Origin: Paramoeba atlantica
Taxonomy: Eukaryota > Protista > Discosea
Direction: 5' to 3'
DNA length: 28,990 nt
NCBI GenBank assembly: GCA_977017575.1
Contig: CDRNVI010000171.1
Location: 1-28,990, forward strand
The notes under the pieces are model-generated. The model did no database searches. It saw only the letters and a list, made by a program, of their open reading frames with translations, and had not been told where the DNA came from. This document shows, in pieces, positions 1 to 10,800 of this stretch; within the stretch, counting starts at the first letter, position 1, and every line of letters begins with the position of its first letter. The position numbers and the translations under genes were made by a program.

Positions 1-2068
1 GGGGAAGAATGGAGGCGAAATGACAATTGGTTGACAGGCGACCCTTGTAGAAATTATTGGGATGGTGTTAAGTGTTGGTTTTTGGATCATGTTTTAGAAC
101 TGTGAGTGGCTAATCTCTTCTCTTCTTTTTCCTTCTCTATTCTATCCTTTATCTTCATCAGTCTCTATTTTGTTTTCTCTTTCTTTCCATCTCTTTTCGT
201 TTTCTAACATGCAAATCTAATAGAAAACTCGCTGTCAATGGGTTAACTGGGACAATTCCCACCGAAATTTCCAATCTCACCTGGCTAGTAACATTGTATT
301 TCTTCTCTCTTTCTCTCTTCTCTCTTTATTTCCCATTTCATTCACTTAATTTGATGAGCAGTGAATCCTTTCTCTTTTTCTTTCTTCTCCTTTTCCCCTC
401 TCTTCTTTGTTCTTTTTCTTTCTCAAATTCCTTTTTAGGGATATTCCATTCAATCCAATATCTGGTACAATTCCTTCTGAAATTGGACAACTCTCTTATT
501 TATCATCTTTGTATGTTGTTCTTTTCTCTCTTCTCTCTTCTCCTTTTTTAATTTTAATCTTGAAGGTTTCTGTATGACAACTCCCTAGAAGGATCAATCC
601 CAACAGAAATCGGAAAACTCACCGAATTAGAAGTAGGGTTCTCTCTCTTTTTTTTCCTCCAAGAAGATTATTTTATTATTTTTATTTTAAAAAACATTTT
701 GTTAAGAAACATTTTGTTAAGAAACATTTTGTTTTTGTTTTAGAAAAGTGATGAGAGGGAAAAAGAGAAGAAAACTAAGCATTTATTTCTTTTGAAAATC
801 TCAGGGTATTGAAAAATAATCGTTTGACAGGAACAATACCGACTGAACTTGGTTTCCTTACAAGTTTGACTAGATTGTATGTTTTTTTCTCTTTTCTCTT
901 TCTCTTTGTAGTCTCTTTTCTTTTTTTTTTTTCCTCCAAAAAGTTTTTTTTTTAAAAAAAAGGTTTTGTTAACAGTTTGTTTTTGTCTTGGAAAAGTGAT
1001 GAGAGGAAAAAGACAAGAGGAAAAAGAGAAGAAAACTGACCATTTTTTCAGGGGAATGTCAAACAACAAGATAAGTGGCCCCCTTCCAACTGAACTTGGG
1101 AGACTCTCAAAAGTTACTCAGTTATCTTTTGGAGAAAACTCACTAACTGGGCAAATTCCAACTGAAATTTGGGGAATGGAAAATCTTCAACATTTGTATT
1201 TATTTTCTTTTTTTTTGACAATATGATTTGTCTGTGATTTCTGAAATTTTTTTCTTTAGAAACTTAAGCCAAAACAATTTAACTGGAACAATTCCAGGAA
1301 AAAATATTCCTTCTTTTATTTATTTGTATGCCAACTCTTTTCTTTCTCTCATACTGTGTTCCATTTTCTTTCTTCCCATTCTCATGAAATTGTTTTTAGA
1401 GATTTAAGTTCTAATACACTGAGTGGAACAATTCCAACTCAATTGGGTGGCCTTCCTCAATTGACTTTTTTGTTTGTCATTCAATTTTTTCTTTCTTGTG
1501 TTCATAATGTAATTTTTCTTGTTTATTGATTACAAATTCACTAAAACAATGAATAATGAACAGGTATCTCAACAATAACTTATTGACTGGATCCATTGAA
1601 AATGATTTGTGGATTTGTAATCTTTCTGAGTACAACCTGAGAAACAATTATTTCTTTTGCCCACTTCTATCTTGTTGTTCAGAATCTGGGAATGGGATGT
1701 GTACAGGAGATGATCCAATTTGTACTCCACCACCAACTCCCTCTCCCTCTCCAGCTCCTTTTCCAACACCATTTCCATTCCCTACCCCATTTCCATTCCC
1801 ATCTCCATCACCTTCTCCACCATTACCCAGTCCTACTCCATCACCAAATCCAATTCCATCTCCATCTCCACAAATCACATCTCAATCTCCATCCCCACCA
1901 ATCCCATCTCCATCTTCATTTTCAATTCCATCACCAGCTCCATCAAAGATCCCATTTTTTTTAATTTTGGTTTTTGTATTATTTTTAATTCTGGTGCTCA
2001 GTCTTATCTTTTTCTTCTTTTTATCAAAGAAATCTAAAGATGAAACCCCAACATTTGAATTTTCATAA
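1..2068 (+). CDS. LRR receptor-like type I membrane protein (5'-partial): plant-type LRR N-cap, about 10 LRRs, Cys-rich cap, Pro/Ser-rich stalk, one TM helix, short cytoplasmic tail
   Basis: Exons with GT-AG boundaries: 1-101 ([30 protein letters not shown]-cap motif), 224-295, 439-510, 566-637, 805-876 (72 nt each), 1052-1195 (144 nt), 1260-1325 (66 nt), 1400-1471 (72 nt), 1564-2068. All introns are phase 2. The spliced frame is open with LxLxxNxLTGxIPTEIGxL repeats, then a (PSPSP)-rich stalk and the hydrophobic segment [25 protein letters not shown] followed by SKKSK; TAA at 2066-2068. Confidence 0.9.
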
Positions 2069-2339
2069 AGCATAAAAAAAATAAAAATGTCTTTCGACAA
2101 CCAGTCTCCACTTTTTTTTAAAGATCAAATTTTTCTTTTGGTTGACTTTTTTACACCACACAATGGAAAATTCAATTCCAATTGGGACCCCATCAACAAT
2201 TTGGAAAAGGGAGACTCTCCCCATGATCCAACAACAACAAAAAAAAAAGAATTATTCAACAATGTTTTTAGGTTTCTAAATGAGAGGCATTTTGGGTAGA
2301 TTTGTGTGTTTTCGGCTTTTGGAGAATTATTGTGAATAA

Positions 2340-2637
2340 TTAAAGAATATCACAATGGCCTGAAAGAAAAAAGATCAGAAGAGAACAGGAGGTATTCTGA
2401 TATTGAAAAAGCTTTTCAACCTGATCTGAAACATGACCTCTTGTTTTCTTTTTCTGATGGAGGGAAATAAGGGGTCCAGAGAGCGGGGATGTATTCCACT
2501 CCATCATCAACGACACGGATAGAATATCCATCGTTGTAAGAGATGTAAGCTTTTTTGTATTCGGTTGTAGAAGTCTTGGAAGCAAACACTGCGTCGCCAA
2601 TGGACAAGTTTTGAATGGCAATTCCAGGATCCGACAT
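2340..2637 (-). CDS. Small (78 aa) Tudor/SH3-like beta-barrel protein with C-terminal CaaX motif (CDIL)
   Basis: Exon 1 is 2637-2421 (ATG at 2637). A 61-nt GT..AG intron (2420-2360) has a pyrimidine-rich acceptor. Exon 2 (2359-2340) gives ...SCFRSGHCDIL*. The segment LSIGDAVFA..T.YKKAYISY...YSIRVVDDG resembles the Tudor/Agenet pattern. The fold call is pattern-based inference. Confidence 0.6.
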
Positions 2638-2865
2638 TTTAATTTTGGAAAAGGGAGTTGCAAGAAAGGATTTTAATTCCGGAAGTAAAATTAAAATGAA
2701 AAGATTTGTTGTTTGGGAATTCAGTCTTTTTGTGACAAATAAAAAGAAAGAATTCCTTTCAGCTCACAATCGGGGTCAGGGATGTTCTCGAAAGCTCAAA
2801 CTTCTTCGACAGAAAAAGAAAGCTGAATTTGAAAAGAACCCGAAAGTTGGACAAAATAAACCTAA

Positions 2866-3212
2866 ATTTATTTTTGGTGTCCTCTCTTTTGGTGTCCCTT
2901 TCCCTTTTGCTTTTCTGTTTTTCTTTCTTTCCAGTGTTCCCCTCTTTCACTTCTCTTCTCTTCTTCTCTCCTTCCTCTTTCTCTTTCTCTTTCTCTTTCT
3001 TTCCCAAGTTTCCCTCTTTCGCTTCACCTTTATTTATTTCGGTGTCCCTTCTTTTGGTGTCCCTTTACCTTTTGTTTTTCTGTTTTCTTTCTTTCTTTCT
3101 GGTTTGGAAGAATGGTTTCAATTTTTTGTTGGTTGTTCATTGGGAGAGGTGGTTCTCGTGGTGGGTGTACTCGTTTTTTGATTGGGGGGAGTCATCAAAG
3201 TGGTTTGTTAGT
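2866..3212 (+). repeat. Pyrimidine-rich upstream/5' segment of the GPCR gene with an internal direct repeat; 2936-3212 is duplicated in inverted orientation at 7502-7745
   Basis: The block (t)atttatt(t/c)ggtgtcc....ttttggtgtcccttt(c/a)ccttttg occurs at ~2866-2910 and ~3031-3075. 2936-3212 matches the reverse complement of 7502-7745 apart from a ~47-nt deletion in the latter. Confidence 0.85.
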
Positions 3213-5273
3213 TGGTTGTTTGTTTTTTGTTTTGTTTTTGTTTTCGGTTTTTTGTGGGTCCGTTTCTTGTGATGATAGTTTTTGTGTTGAATATTCTCTT
3301 CAAAATGAATGTACCTCTGTTTTGGGAACTGTATCAATTGAACAAGGCGAACAAGAAGACTTTTTCAATGAGAATGTTTCACTAACTATTTCTGATGTTC
3401 GAATGAGACCTGAGAAATGTCGAAAACCATTTTTATTGTATTATTGTCAGCTGATGTTTGGAGGATTTGTTTGTCAATCTTCTTCGAGAGAAGAACAACT
3501 ATGTTTCGAGCAAGAGACTTGTCGTCAAGTTGCAGAAGCTTGTAGTGATGAATTTTCACTTGATTGTCTTCCTTCTTCTTTCCCAACATCAACGCCAACA
3601 ACATCTTTTCGACAATCAATTTGTAACGAGATTTGTGATGTTGAAGTTGAAGAACAAATCGAACAAGCAAAAGAAAACATAATTCGTGTGGAAACTTGTT
3701 TAGATGGTTCAAAAGAACAAATTGAATGTTGTAATGATCCATTTATATTTGATGATAATGATGAATGTGTTATTGAATGTCCTCAATATTTGGTTGGACA
3801 ATCACTTGAAAAATGGGTCGGACTCACCGATTTTGTTTTCAATTGGCTGTTTTTGATTGCTTTGATTGCAGCCATTCCTCCTCTCTATTTTATGGCAAAT
3901 ATAAGGTTTTTTTATCTTTCTTTTTGAAAAAAAGAATGAGTTAAAATTATCAAGTTGTTATTGAAAGAAAATATTCAAACATGCAAAATGACAATGAAGA
4001 ATAACAAAAATAGGTATCCAAACAATGTTCTTCTTTTTGCATATGGGGCATACATTCTTGCTGGAATGGTTTATATGAGTGCAGTTTTTGATGGTTTCTT
4101 TTTCTTCAGTCGGATTCTTGAGTATCATTTGTTGTTGAGAGAAAATTATTATTTTTTAATACAAAAATATTGAAACGTTTTTTTCACAGGAGTCTCCAAA
4201 TTTATTTGTAATGGAGAGAAAAGTTATTGGGATGGATTGAATCATTTTGCACATTTACCTCGTAATCTTATTCTCTATTCTATTTGGGTCTTTTTCACAA
4301 GCTTGTCTTATATCCATTGGACTCTTTTTGCTTTTAACTTGTTTTGCCATTCAGTCAGGTTTTTTTCCTCCTCTCTTGTCTCTTCTCTTTTTGTCTCTTT
4401 AACTCAAGAGATTTGCTCTTAGACCTTTCACATCATCCTTTGACAAATTTATTGATCAACCTACACACCCATTAATTATCATTTTAATGGAAGGACTTTG
4501 TTTCGGGATTTCTGGAGGACTAGGTATTCCTCTTTTTGATTTGAGTCATTTTTAAATTCTTTTTTTTTTTTTTCATTTCTTTAATCTTTTAATTCACCAA
4601 AACATTTTTTTTTGTCAATTTCTCTTTGGATTAAAATAGGTTTAACTTGTCTCTTTTATGGGCTTCAAAACAAAGTAATCTTTTTCCCTTCTCCAATCTC
4701 TGCATTTCCGGCCTCTTCAAATGCTTTTTTGTCAAGAATTGTGTTGGTAGTTTTGTTGACGATTTTGGGAGGTGTTGCTGCCTTCTTTATGCTTCTTTCG
4801 ATTATTTTTTTCATGAAGCGAGGAAGACATATTTTTTATTTTCAATGGTTTGGAGTTATTATTCAAAAGAAAGTTAAGTCAAATTTATATTTAGAATTTT
4901 TAATTTAACAACTCCTCTCCCCTAAAAAAACAGGAGATCCATCTTTGTTGGATGTTTTTGGTGTGTTTGGACAATGTGGACCTTATTCATCTATTACCTT
5001 GGAATCCATCAAACTTCTCCATCCAGAACAGAAGTATTCAAATATCCAAATTGTGTAGCATCTCACCCACGAACCAATTCCCCTCCATGTCAAAGAGAAC
5101 ACCCCCATTTTACTATGTTAGTCTTAACCAGCATTTTCACAACTTCCTTCTTTTTCATCCTTCTTTTCATCACTTTTTGGACGAATTCTTTGGTGATTCG
5201 TTGGTGGAAAGAGTTAATCCGGTCAAAAAGAATTTTGAGATCGACAAACCAAAAGTATGAAGTTGTTAATTGA
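3112..5273 (+). CDS. Frizzled/Smoothened-like GPCR (Cys-rich extracellular domain plus 7TM), similar in architecture to Dictyostelium Fsl/Fsc receptors
   Basis: Exons 3112-3905, 4014-4093, 4190-4358, 4423-4523, 4640-4847, 4934-5273 have compatible phases (2,1,2,1,2) and an open spliced frame. Features: signal-like hydrophobic stretch; Cys-rich domain (C..YYCQLMF..C....LC....C.QV..AC); linker CCNDPFI....CVIECP; TM1-RYPNN; Cys pair in the last extracellular loop (YPNC...PPC); TM7 followed by TNSLVIRWWKEL, which is positioned like the Frizzled KTxxxW motif. Confidence 0.8.
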
Positions 5274-5953
5274 GCAAGAGAAGCATTTTTCATTTGATTG
5301 ACCAATTTGCGAGAGCGGGTTGGAGAAATCTTGAAGAAGTTGTCTCGTCGTTGATGTTTGTTTGTCTTTTTTTGTGTGTTTTTGGTTTTGTGCTTTGAGA
5401 TGAACACCAGAGCTCTGAAATGAGGAAGAATTGAAGCAAAGAACCTCAGAAGAGGAAGAAACAAAAAAACTGGCTGTCAAAGCAAGGAGTGAAGAGTCAG
5501 CAAAGCGTCGAAAAATTGGGGTAAAAATTTCTTTTTTGTTGTAACTTTTGTACATTAGGCTACATTCTCTTTTATTGTTTATTTTTAATGTCTTTTGAAA
5601 GATAACCATGGGAAAGAGTTTGTGGGGGAGGTATTACAAGGTAGTACACATCTCAAAATTCTGTTTTCAAAGTTTTTGTGCTGTTGAAGGATGTCCAACG
5701 AAAAAGAAGAACAACAAAGAGTCCTCGACATCTGCACAGGAAGGTGAACCCAGCGATTTCCTACTATTTCCAATTGAAAAAAAACCATTCTGACCTCTTG
5801 TGTGATGCTTAACAAGTGGGTTGCACGTCAATTAAGACATTCATTTTCAAATTGATCTTACTTTTCCAGAAGACTTTTTGTTAATTTGATTTTTTTTTCC
5901 AAAATTATTCTCAATTTTTTTTTTCATTAAATATTATTTCGCTCCAATTCCAG

Positions 5954-6428
5954 GAATTGTTGTGTCCATCTATGCAATTGTCCCTTCTTTTATTGTGGGA
6001 ATTGCTGTAGGTATGATATTTGAGCTATTTCAATCCTCTTTTCTGATAGATCATTTTTTCCCTTTCCTAATAATAAATATATTTTGATGATTGTTTTTTT
6101 TTTTCAGGTGCTGGTCTCTTTGGAAATGAAAATGCTGTTGTGTGGGTTCTTTGTTCGAGCGTCCAAGCCGTCCAACATCCCTGGCTATTGGATCTGGCAC
6201 AAGGTAATTTTTTTTTTTCTTTGTTCTTCCTTCTTTTCTTTTCTCTTTTTGATTGAACTTTTATTTTGATTTCAGTATTGTTTTGAAGGCTTCATGGCGA
6301 ACGAATTCAAACATGGAAAAGATTTTAGTTGTTGTTATGAGACGCTGACTCTACAGACCTCACCATTATTGATTATAGTACCAAAGTCGAGTGCATACAG
6401 CCTTGTCTTTGCCTTATCTCTGATTTAA
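5954..6428 (+). pseudogene. ABCG-family (ABC-2 permease) C-terminal fragment
   Basis: Exon-like pieces 5954-6010 (IVVSIYAIVPSFIVGIAVG), 6108-6203 (AGLFG/MLLCGFFVRAS..NIPGYWIW) and 6276-6428 (YCFEGFMANEF...) match ABCG TM-domain motifs. The middle exon has a frameshift after GLFG, a short duplication (gtccaa..gtccaa) and an apparent deletion between WIW and HK. No nucleotide-binding domain is visible upstream. Confidence 0.7.
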
Positions 6429-6790
6429 ATCATGACTGTGAAGTACGAGGGATAAGAGATTTTGTATGAATATGAATTAGGAAGATGTTAACAAGTGGTG
6501 GTGGTGGTTGTTAGTCCTTGTTGTTTTGGCTGTATTTTATAATTTTTGTTTCTTTTTGTTTTTGAGGGTGTTCAGCACTGGTGAGAGAGAAATCAGAATA
6601 AAACTCAAGAAAATATCTTGATGTTGGAGCATTCTTAGGGGCGCAAGGATTCAGTGAGGCGCCTTAAGATTTTTTTTAAATTAATAATTTCTATTTTTGG
6701 ATTTTCTGCGGAAAACGAATTATTCGTTTCTCCAAAAGGTGTCGTTTTTTTGTTTTTTGGTTTTTGTTTGTATCATCGGATTGGCTGTCA

Positions 6791-7255
6791 ATGACCATGA
6801 ATAACCTCGCCAAGCTTCTTGTATTCAAAATTGTCGCCACACTCTGTGTGTGGTGCATCCCATTGATTCTGTTTCCTTCGCAGTGGTTAGAAGCATGCGG
6901 GATCCCTCACTTGGAAACGTATCTGTTCGCTCGTATGCTGGGGTGGGCTTACCTTTCTCTTTGTGTTGGATATGCGATTGGGTTAAGAGATGAGTTACAA
7001 GGAAAGCGAAATATGGGAGTTATTTACGTTGGAATCGCCAGTAATGGTGGTGGGTGTGCCTATTTGTTATATTATGGAGCTGTTGGAACTTTTTCAGGGG
7101 GATTGGGTCTTCAAATTATTGGGTGGGGATCTTCTTTTGCCGCTGGCTTCATTACAATTGGTTTGATTTTCTTTGGATTGGTGCAGGGACCCAAACAACC
7201 GCCAAAAGAAGACGCAAAACCCAACGGCAAACCTGACTCAAAACTCATCAACTGA
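6791..7255 (+). CDS. Intronless ~154-aa four-TM membrane protein resembling bacterial hypothetical membrane proteins (horizontal-transfer candidate)
   Basis: Single open frame from ATG 6791 to TGA 7255 with no T-rich introns. It is visibly richer in G/C and CpG than its neighbours and has four hydrophobic helices with motifs KIVATLCVWCIPLILFP, FARMLGWAYLSLCVGY, VGIASNGGGCAYLLYYG. The bacterial resemblance is from recall and needs a search. Confidence 0.75.
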   Translation: MTMNNLAKLLVFKIVATLCVWCIPLILFPSQWLEACGIPHLETYLFARMLGWAYLSLCVGYAIGLRDELQGKRNMGVIYVGIASNGGGCAYLLYYGAVGTFSGGLGLQIIGWGSSFAAGFITIGLIFFGLVQGPKQPPKEDAKPNGKPDSKLIN

Positions 7256-7501
7256 AAGAAGATATTTTGTTGAGATTTGAAGAAATAATATTTTTTTTCA
7301 AATCAGAAAGAGGAGTCAGAATTTGAGTGCACTCTGTACATTCATAAATTGACAATTTATTTTTCGTTTTTTTTCGATTTTGTGGCATTTTCTCTCATGT
7401 CGAGTGAGCTTTCCTTTGTTTTTGGGGACAGAATAACACCCCAGCACACATCCAAAACTCATCACAATATTCACACCCCCATCCAATCAACAAATAACCA
7501 T

Positions 7502-7745
7502 ACTAACAAACCACTTTGATGACTCCCCCCAATCAAAAAACGAGCACATCCACCACGAGAACCACCTCTCCCAATGAACAACCAACAAAAATTGAAAAAC
7601 AAAAGGGAAAGGGACACCAAAAGAGAGGACACCGAAATAAATAAAGGTGAAGCGAAAGAGGGGAACTTGGGAAAGAAAGAGAAAGAGAAAGAGAAAGAGG
7701 AAGGAGAGAAGAAGAGAAGAAGAGAAGAGAAGTGAAAGAGGGAAC
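7502..7745 (-). repeat. Inverted partial copy of the GPCR gene's upstream region and N-terminal coding sequence, lacking the ATG
   Basis: The reverse complement reproduces 2936-3212, including ...FCWLFIGRGGSRGGC(A/T)RFLIGGSHQSGLLV, but deletes ~47 nt containing the ATG at 3112. Confidence 0.85.
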
Positions 7746-7866
7746 TTGGGAAAGAAAGAGAAAGAGAATCAGGTAGAGTTCTTGTTTTGGGGTGGGTGGG
7801 TCTCAAGGGACAGTCCTTTTTGAAATCTTAATCATCCTCTTTTTTTTGGAACAACAAAAGTTTCAG

Positions 7867-10800
7867 ATGAATCAAGATTTGCAACAACCGCAACAACAAC
7901 CACAACAACAACTACAACCACAACCACAACAACAAAAAAAGGGACCTGAAATGAGATTGAGAAATGAAGAAGAAGAAGAAGAAAAGAAGAGGATAGAAGA
8001 AGAAGTGAGGGTGGAGTTAAAAAAAAAGTCATTTGAGGTTGGGGAAGAACTTTCTTCTTTCTTTTCTTTTCTCAACTTTCGAATAATATTTTGAACTCAT
8101 TTTTATATTGAAAGAAATTACTTCAAACTGCTTTGAGTCATAGTCGTTGCAAAAGAATTGAGATACTTTTTGAATTGATGGAAAAACACAATCACCCCAA
8201 GGTTTTTTCTTTTTAATCAGAATCATTAATTATTAATCATTATTATTTGTTTGCATCAAAACTATTTTTTCAACAATTTTGAATCAAAGTTATCACAATT
8301 TTGACTCTTTTTTCCCAAAAAAAAACAAAACTATAAATAATATTTTAGTTTGGAATAACACCTCTCCATCTTGCTTCTTTCAATGGAAATGAAGAAAATG
8401 TTGAATTGTTGTTGCAAGAAGGAGCAAAGGCGAATTCTATTGAAGAGGTTTTTCTTGAATTGAATTTGAGTTCTTTTGAACTCACAGAATATCATTCTTT
8501 TATTCTGTTATTTGTTGTTGGACAAAATATTTTGATCAAAATAAATATTCTCATCTTTTTATTTTAATGTTATTATTAGCTTTGTGGAAAAAGCCCTCTT
8601 CACTTTGCTGCAGAGAATAATAAGAAACAAATTGTTCACATTTTATTGGAAAAAGGAAAACCAAATGTTGATCTTCCAGATCAGGTTATTTTTAATTTGT
8701 TTTTTTGATTTGTTGAGTTGGCAGTGTTTTGGTATTCTTTTTGTTATTTTGATTTTTTTGATTTGTTGAGTTGGCAGGGTTTAGAATTCTTTTTTTTCTT
8801 TATTTTCTCATTTTTCTTTTCTTTTTTTATGTAAAGGATGGAAGAACTCCTCTTTATATTGCTGCTGAAAAAGGACATGAACAAATTGTTCAAATTTTAT
8901 TGGAAAAAGGAAAACCAAATGTTGATCTTACTGAAGAGGTTTTCTTTTTGTAGGAGAATTTTTTCTTTTCTTTTCTTTAATTTTTTAATTTCAAGGATGG
9001 AGCAACTCCTCTTTTTATTGCTGCTCAAGAAAAACATGAACAAATTGTTCAAATTTTATTGGAAAAGGGGGGAGCAAATGTTGATCTTGCAATAGAGGTT
9101 CTTCTTCTTATATTTATTTTTTGAATTTGTTGTATTATTTAGTTTCTTTTTCTTTTTCTTTTTCTTTTCACTTTTGACTTTTTTTTTTATCTAAAGGGCG
9201 GAATAACTCCTCTTTTGATTGCTGCTCAAAATGGAGATGAACAAATTGTTCAACTTTTATTGGAAAAAGGAAAACCAAATGTTGATCTTGCAAATCAGGT
9301 TATTTTGTTAATGATTTCTCTTTCTTTTTCTTTCTTTTCTTTTCTGTTTTTGATTTTAAACTGAAATGAAAGAGAGTATTTTGTAACTTGAAAAACAATC
9401 AAACATTCAAAAAAATTGAAATTTATTTGTCATGACTTGTAAAACAAAATCCCATTTTCATTTTTTTTTTGAATGTTTTTCTCTTTTTAAATCAAAGACT
9501 GGAGAAACTCCTCTTTATATTGCTGCTCAAAAAGGATGTGAACAAATTGTTCAAATTTTATTGGAAAAAGGAAAACCAAATGTTGATCTTGCTGAAGAGG
9601 TTCTTTTTAGTAATTACTTTAATTTGTGAGTTGGAGATTTTTCTTTTTTTTTTTTTATTCTCTCAATTTTCGATGTTAATGTAAAGGATGGAAGGACTCC
9701 TCTTTATATTGCTGCTCAAAAAGGATATGACCAAATTGTTCAACTTTTATTGGAAAAAGGAAAACCAAATGTTGATTTTACATCTCAGGTTATTTTGATT
9801 AGTTCTTATTATGATATTTTGAATTGGAAAAATATTCTTTTTCTCTTTTTTTTTTCACTTTCTCATTATTTCTATTTTTTTTTTTTCAATTTCTCGTTTT
9901 TCTCTTTTTTTTTAATGTAATAAAGAATGGAAGAACTCCTCTTTTTATTGCTGCTGAAAAAGGACATGAACAAATTGTTCAACTTTTATTGGAAAAAGGA
10001 GCCAATGTTGATCTTGCAAATCAGGTTCTTCTTATTTTTGATTTTGAAAAATGAATAATGGACTGAATAAAAAACAATTATTTATCTCTCATTCTTTCTC
10101 TCTTTTTCTTTCAAGCTTGGGCAAAATCCACTTCATCGTGCTGTAGTTGGTGGAAATGAACAAATTGTTGACCTTTTATTGGTGAAAGGAAAAGCAGATG
10201 CCAATTCTCAAACAACAGTTCTTTTCTTTTCTTTCCTTTTTTTTTGATCTTGAAGAAATAAATTTATTTATTTTTTATTTTTTTATTTTTCCATTTTTTT
10301 TTTCATCAAAGATTTTATTTTTTAAGAAGGATTTTTTCCCAAAATTAAAGAATAAAAGATTTTTTTTTTATTTTTCTTTATTCCTTTTCTCCTTTTTAAA
10401 TTTTTAATTAAAGTATGGAAGTACTCCTCTTTGTTTTGCTGCTCAAAATGGACATGAACAAATTGTTCAACTTTTGTTGGAAAAAGGAGGAATATATGTT
10501 GACCTTGCAAAAGAGGTTTCTTTTTTCTTTTTTTTTTAGGGCCAGATATTCTTTTTTTTTTTTCTTTTCTCATTTTTTCTATTTTTTTTTATGTAAAGGA
10601 TGGAAGAACTCCTCTTTATCTTGCTGCTGAAAAAGGACATGAACAAATTGTTCAAATTTTATTGGAAAAAGGAAAAGCAAATGTTAATCTTCCAGGAGAG
10701 GTTCTTTTTAGTTCATTTTTGACTTGTTGGATTGGTTTAGTTTTTCCTTTCATTCCATTTTCTCATTTTCTCATTTCCTCTTTTTGATTTGAAAAAGGGT

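Noticed and set aside
691-731. Three copies of a 15-nt unit (aagaaacattttgtt) in an LRR intron, and a 15-nt T/C unit at ~24825-24890
   Set aside because: Ordinary slippage minisatellites with no evident function.
5400-5860. Possible small spliced gene or THAP-like fragment (FCAVEGCPT...FLLFP)
   Set aside because: No consistent start and exon chain could be built, and the downstream THAP W and CxxH residues are not in frame.
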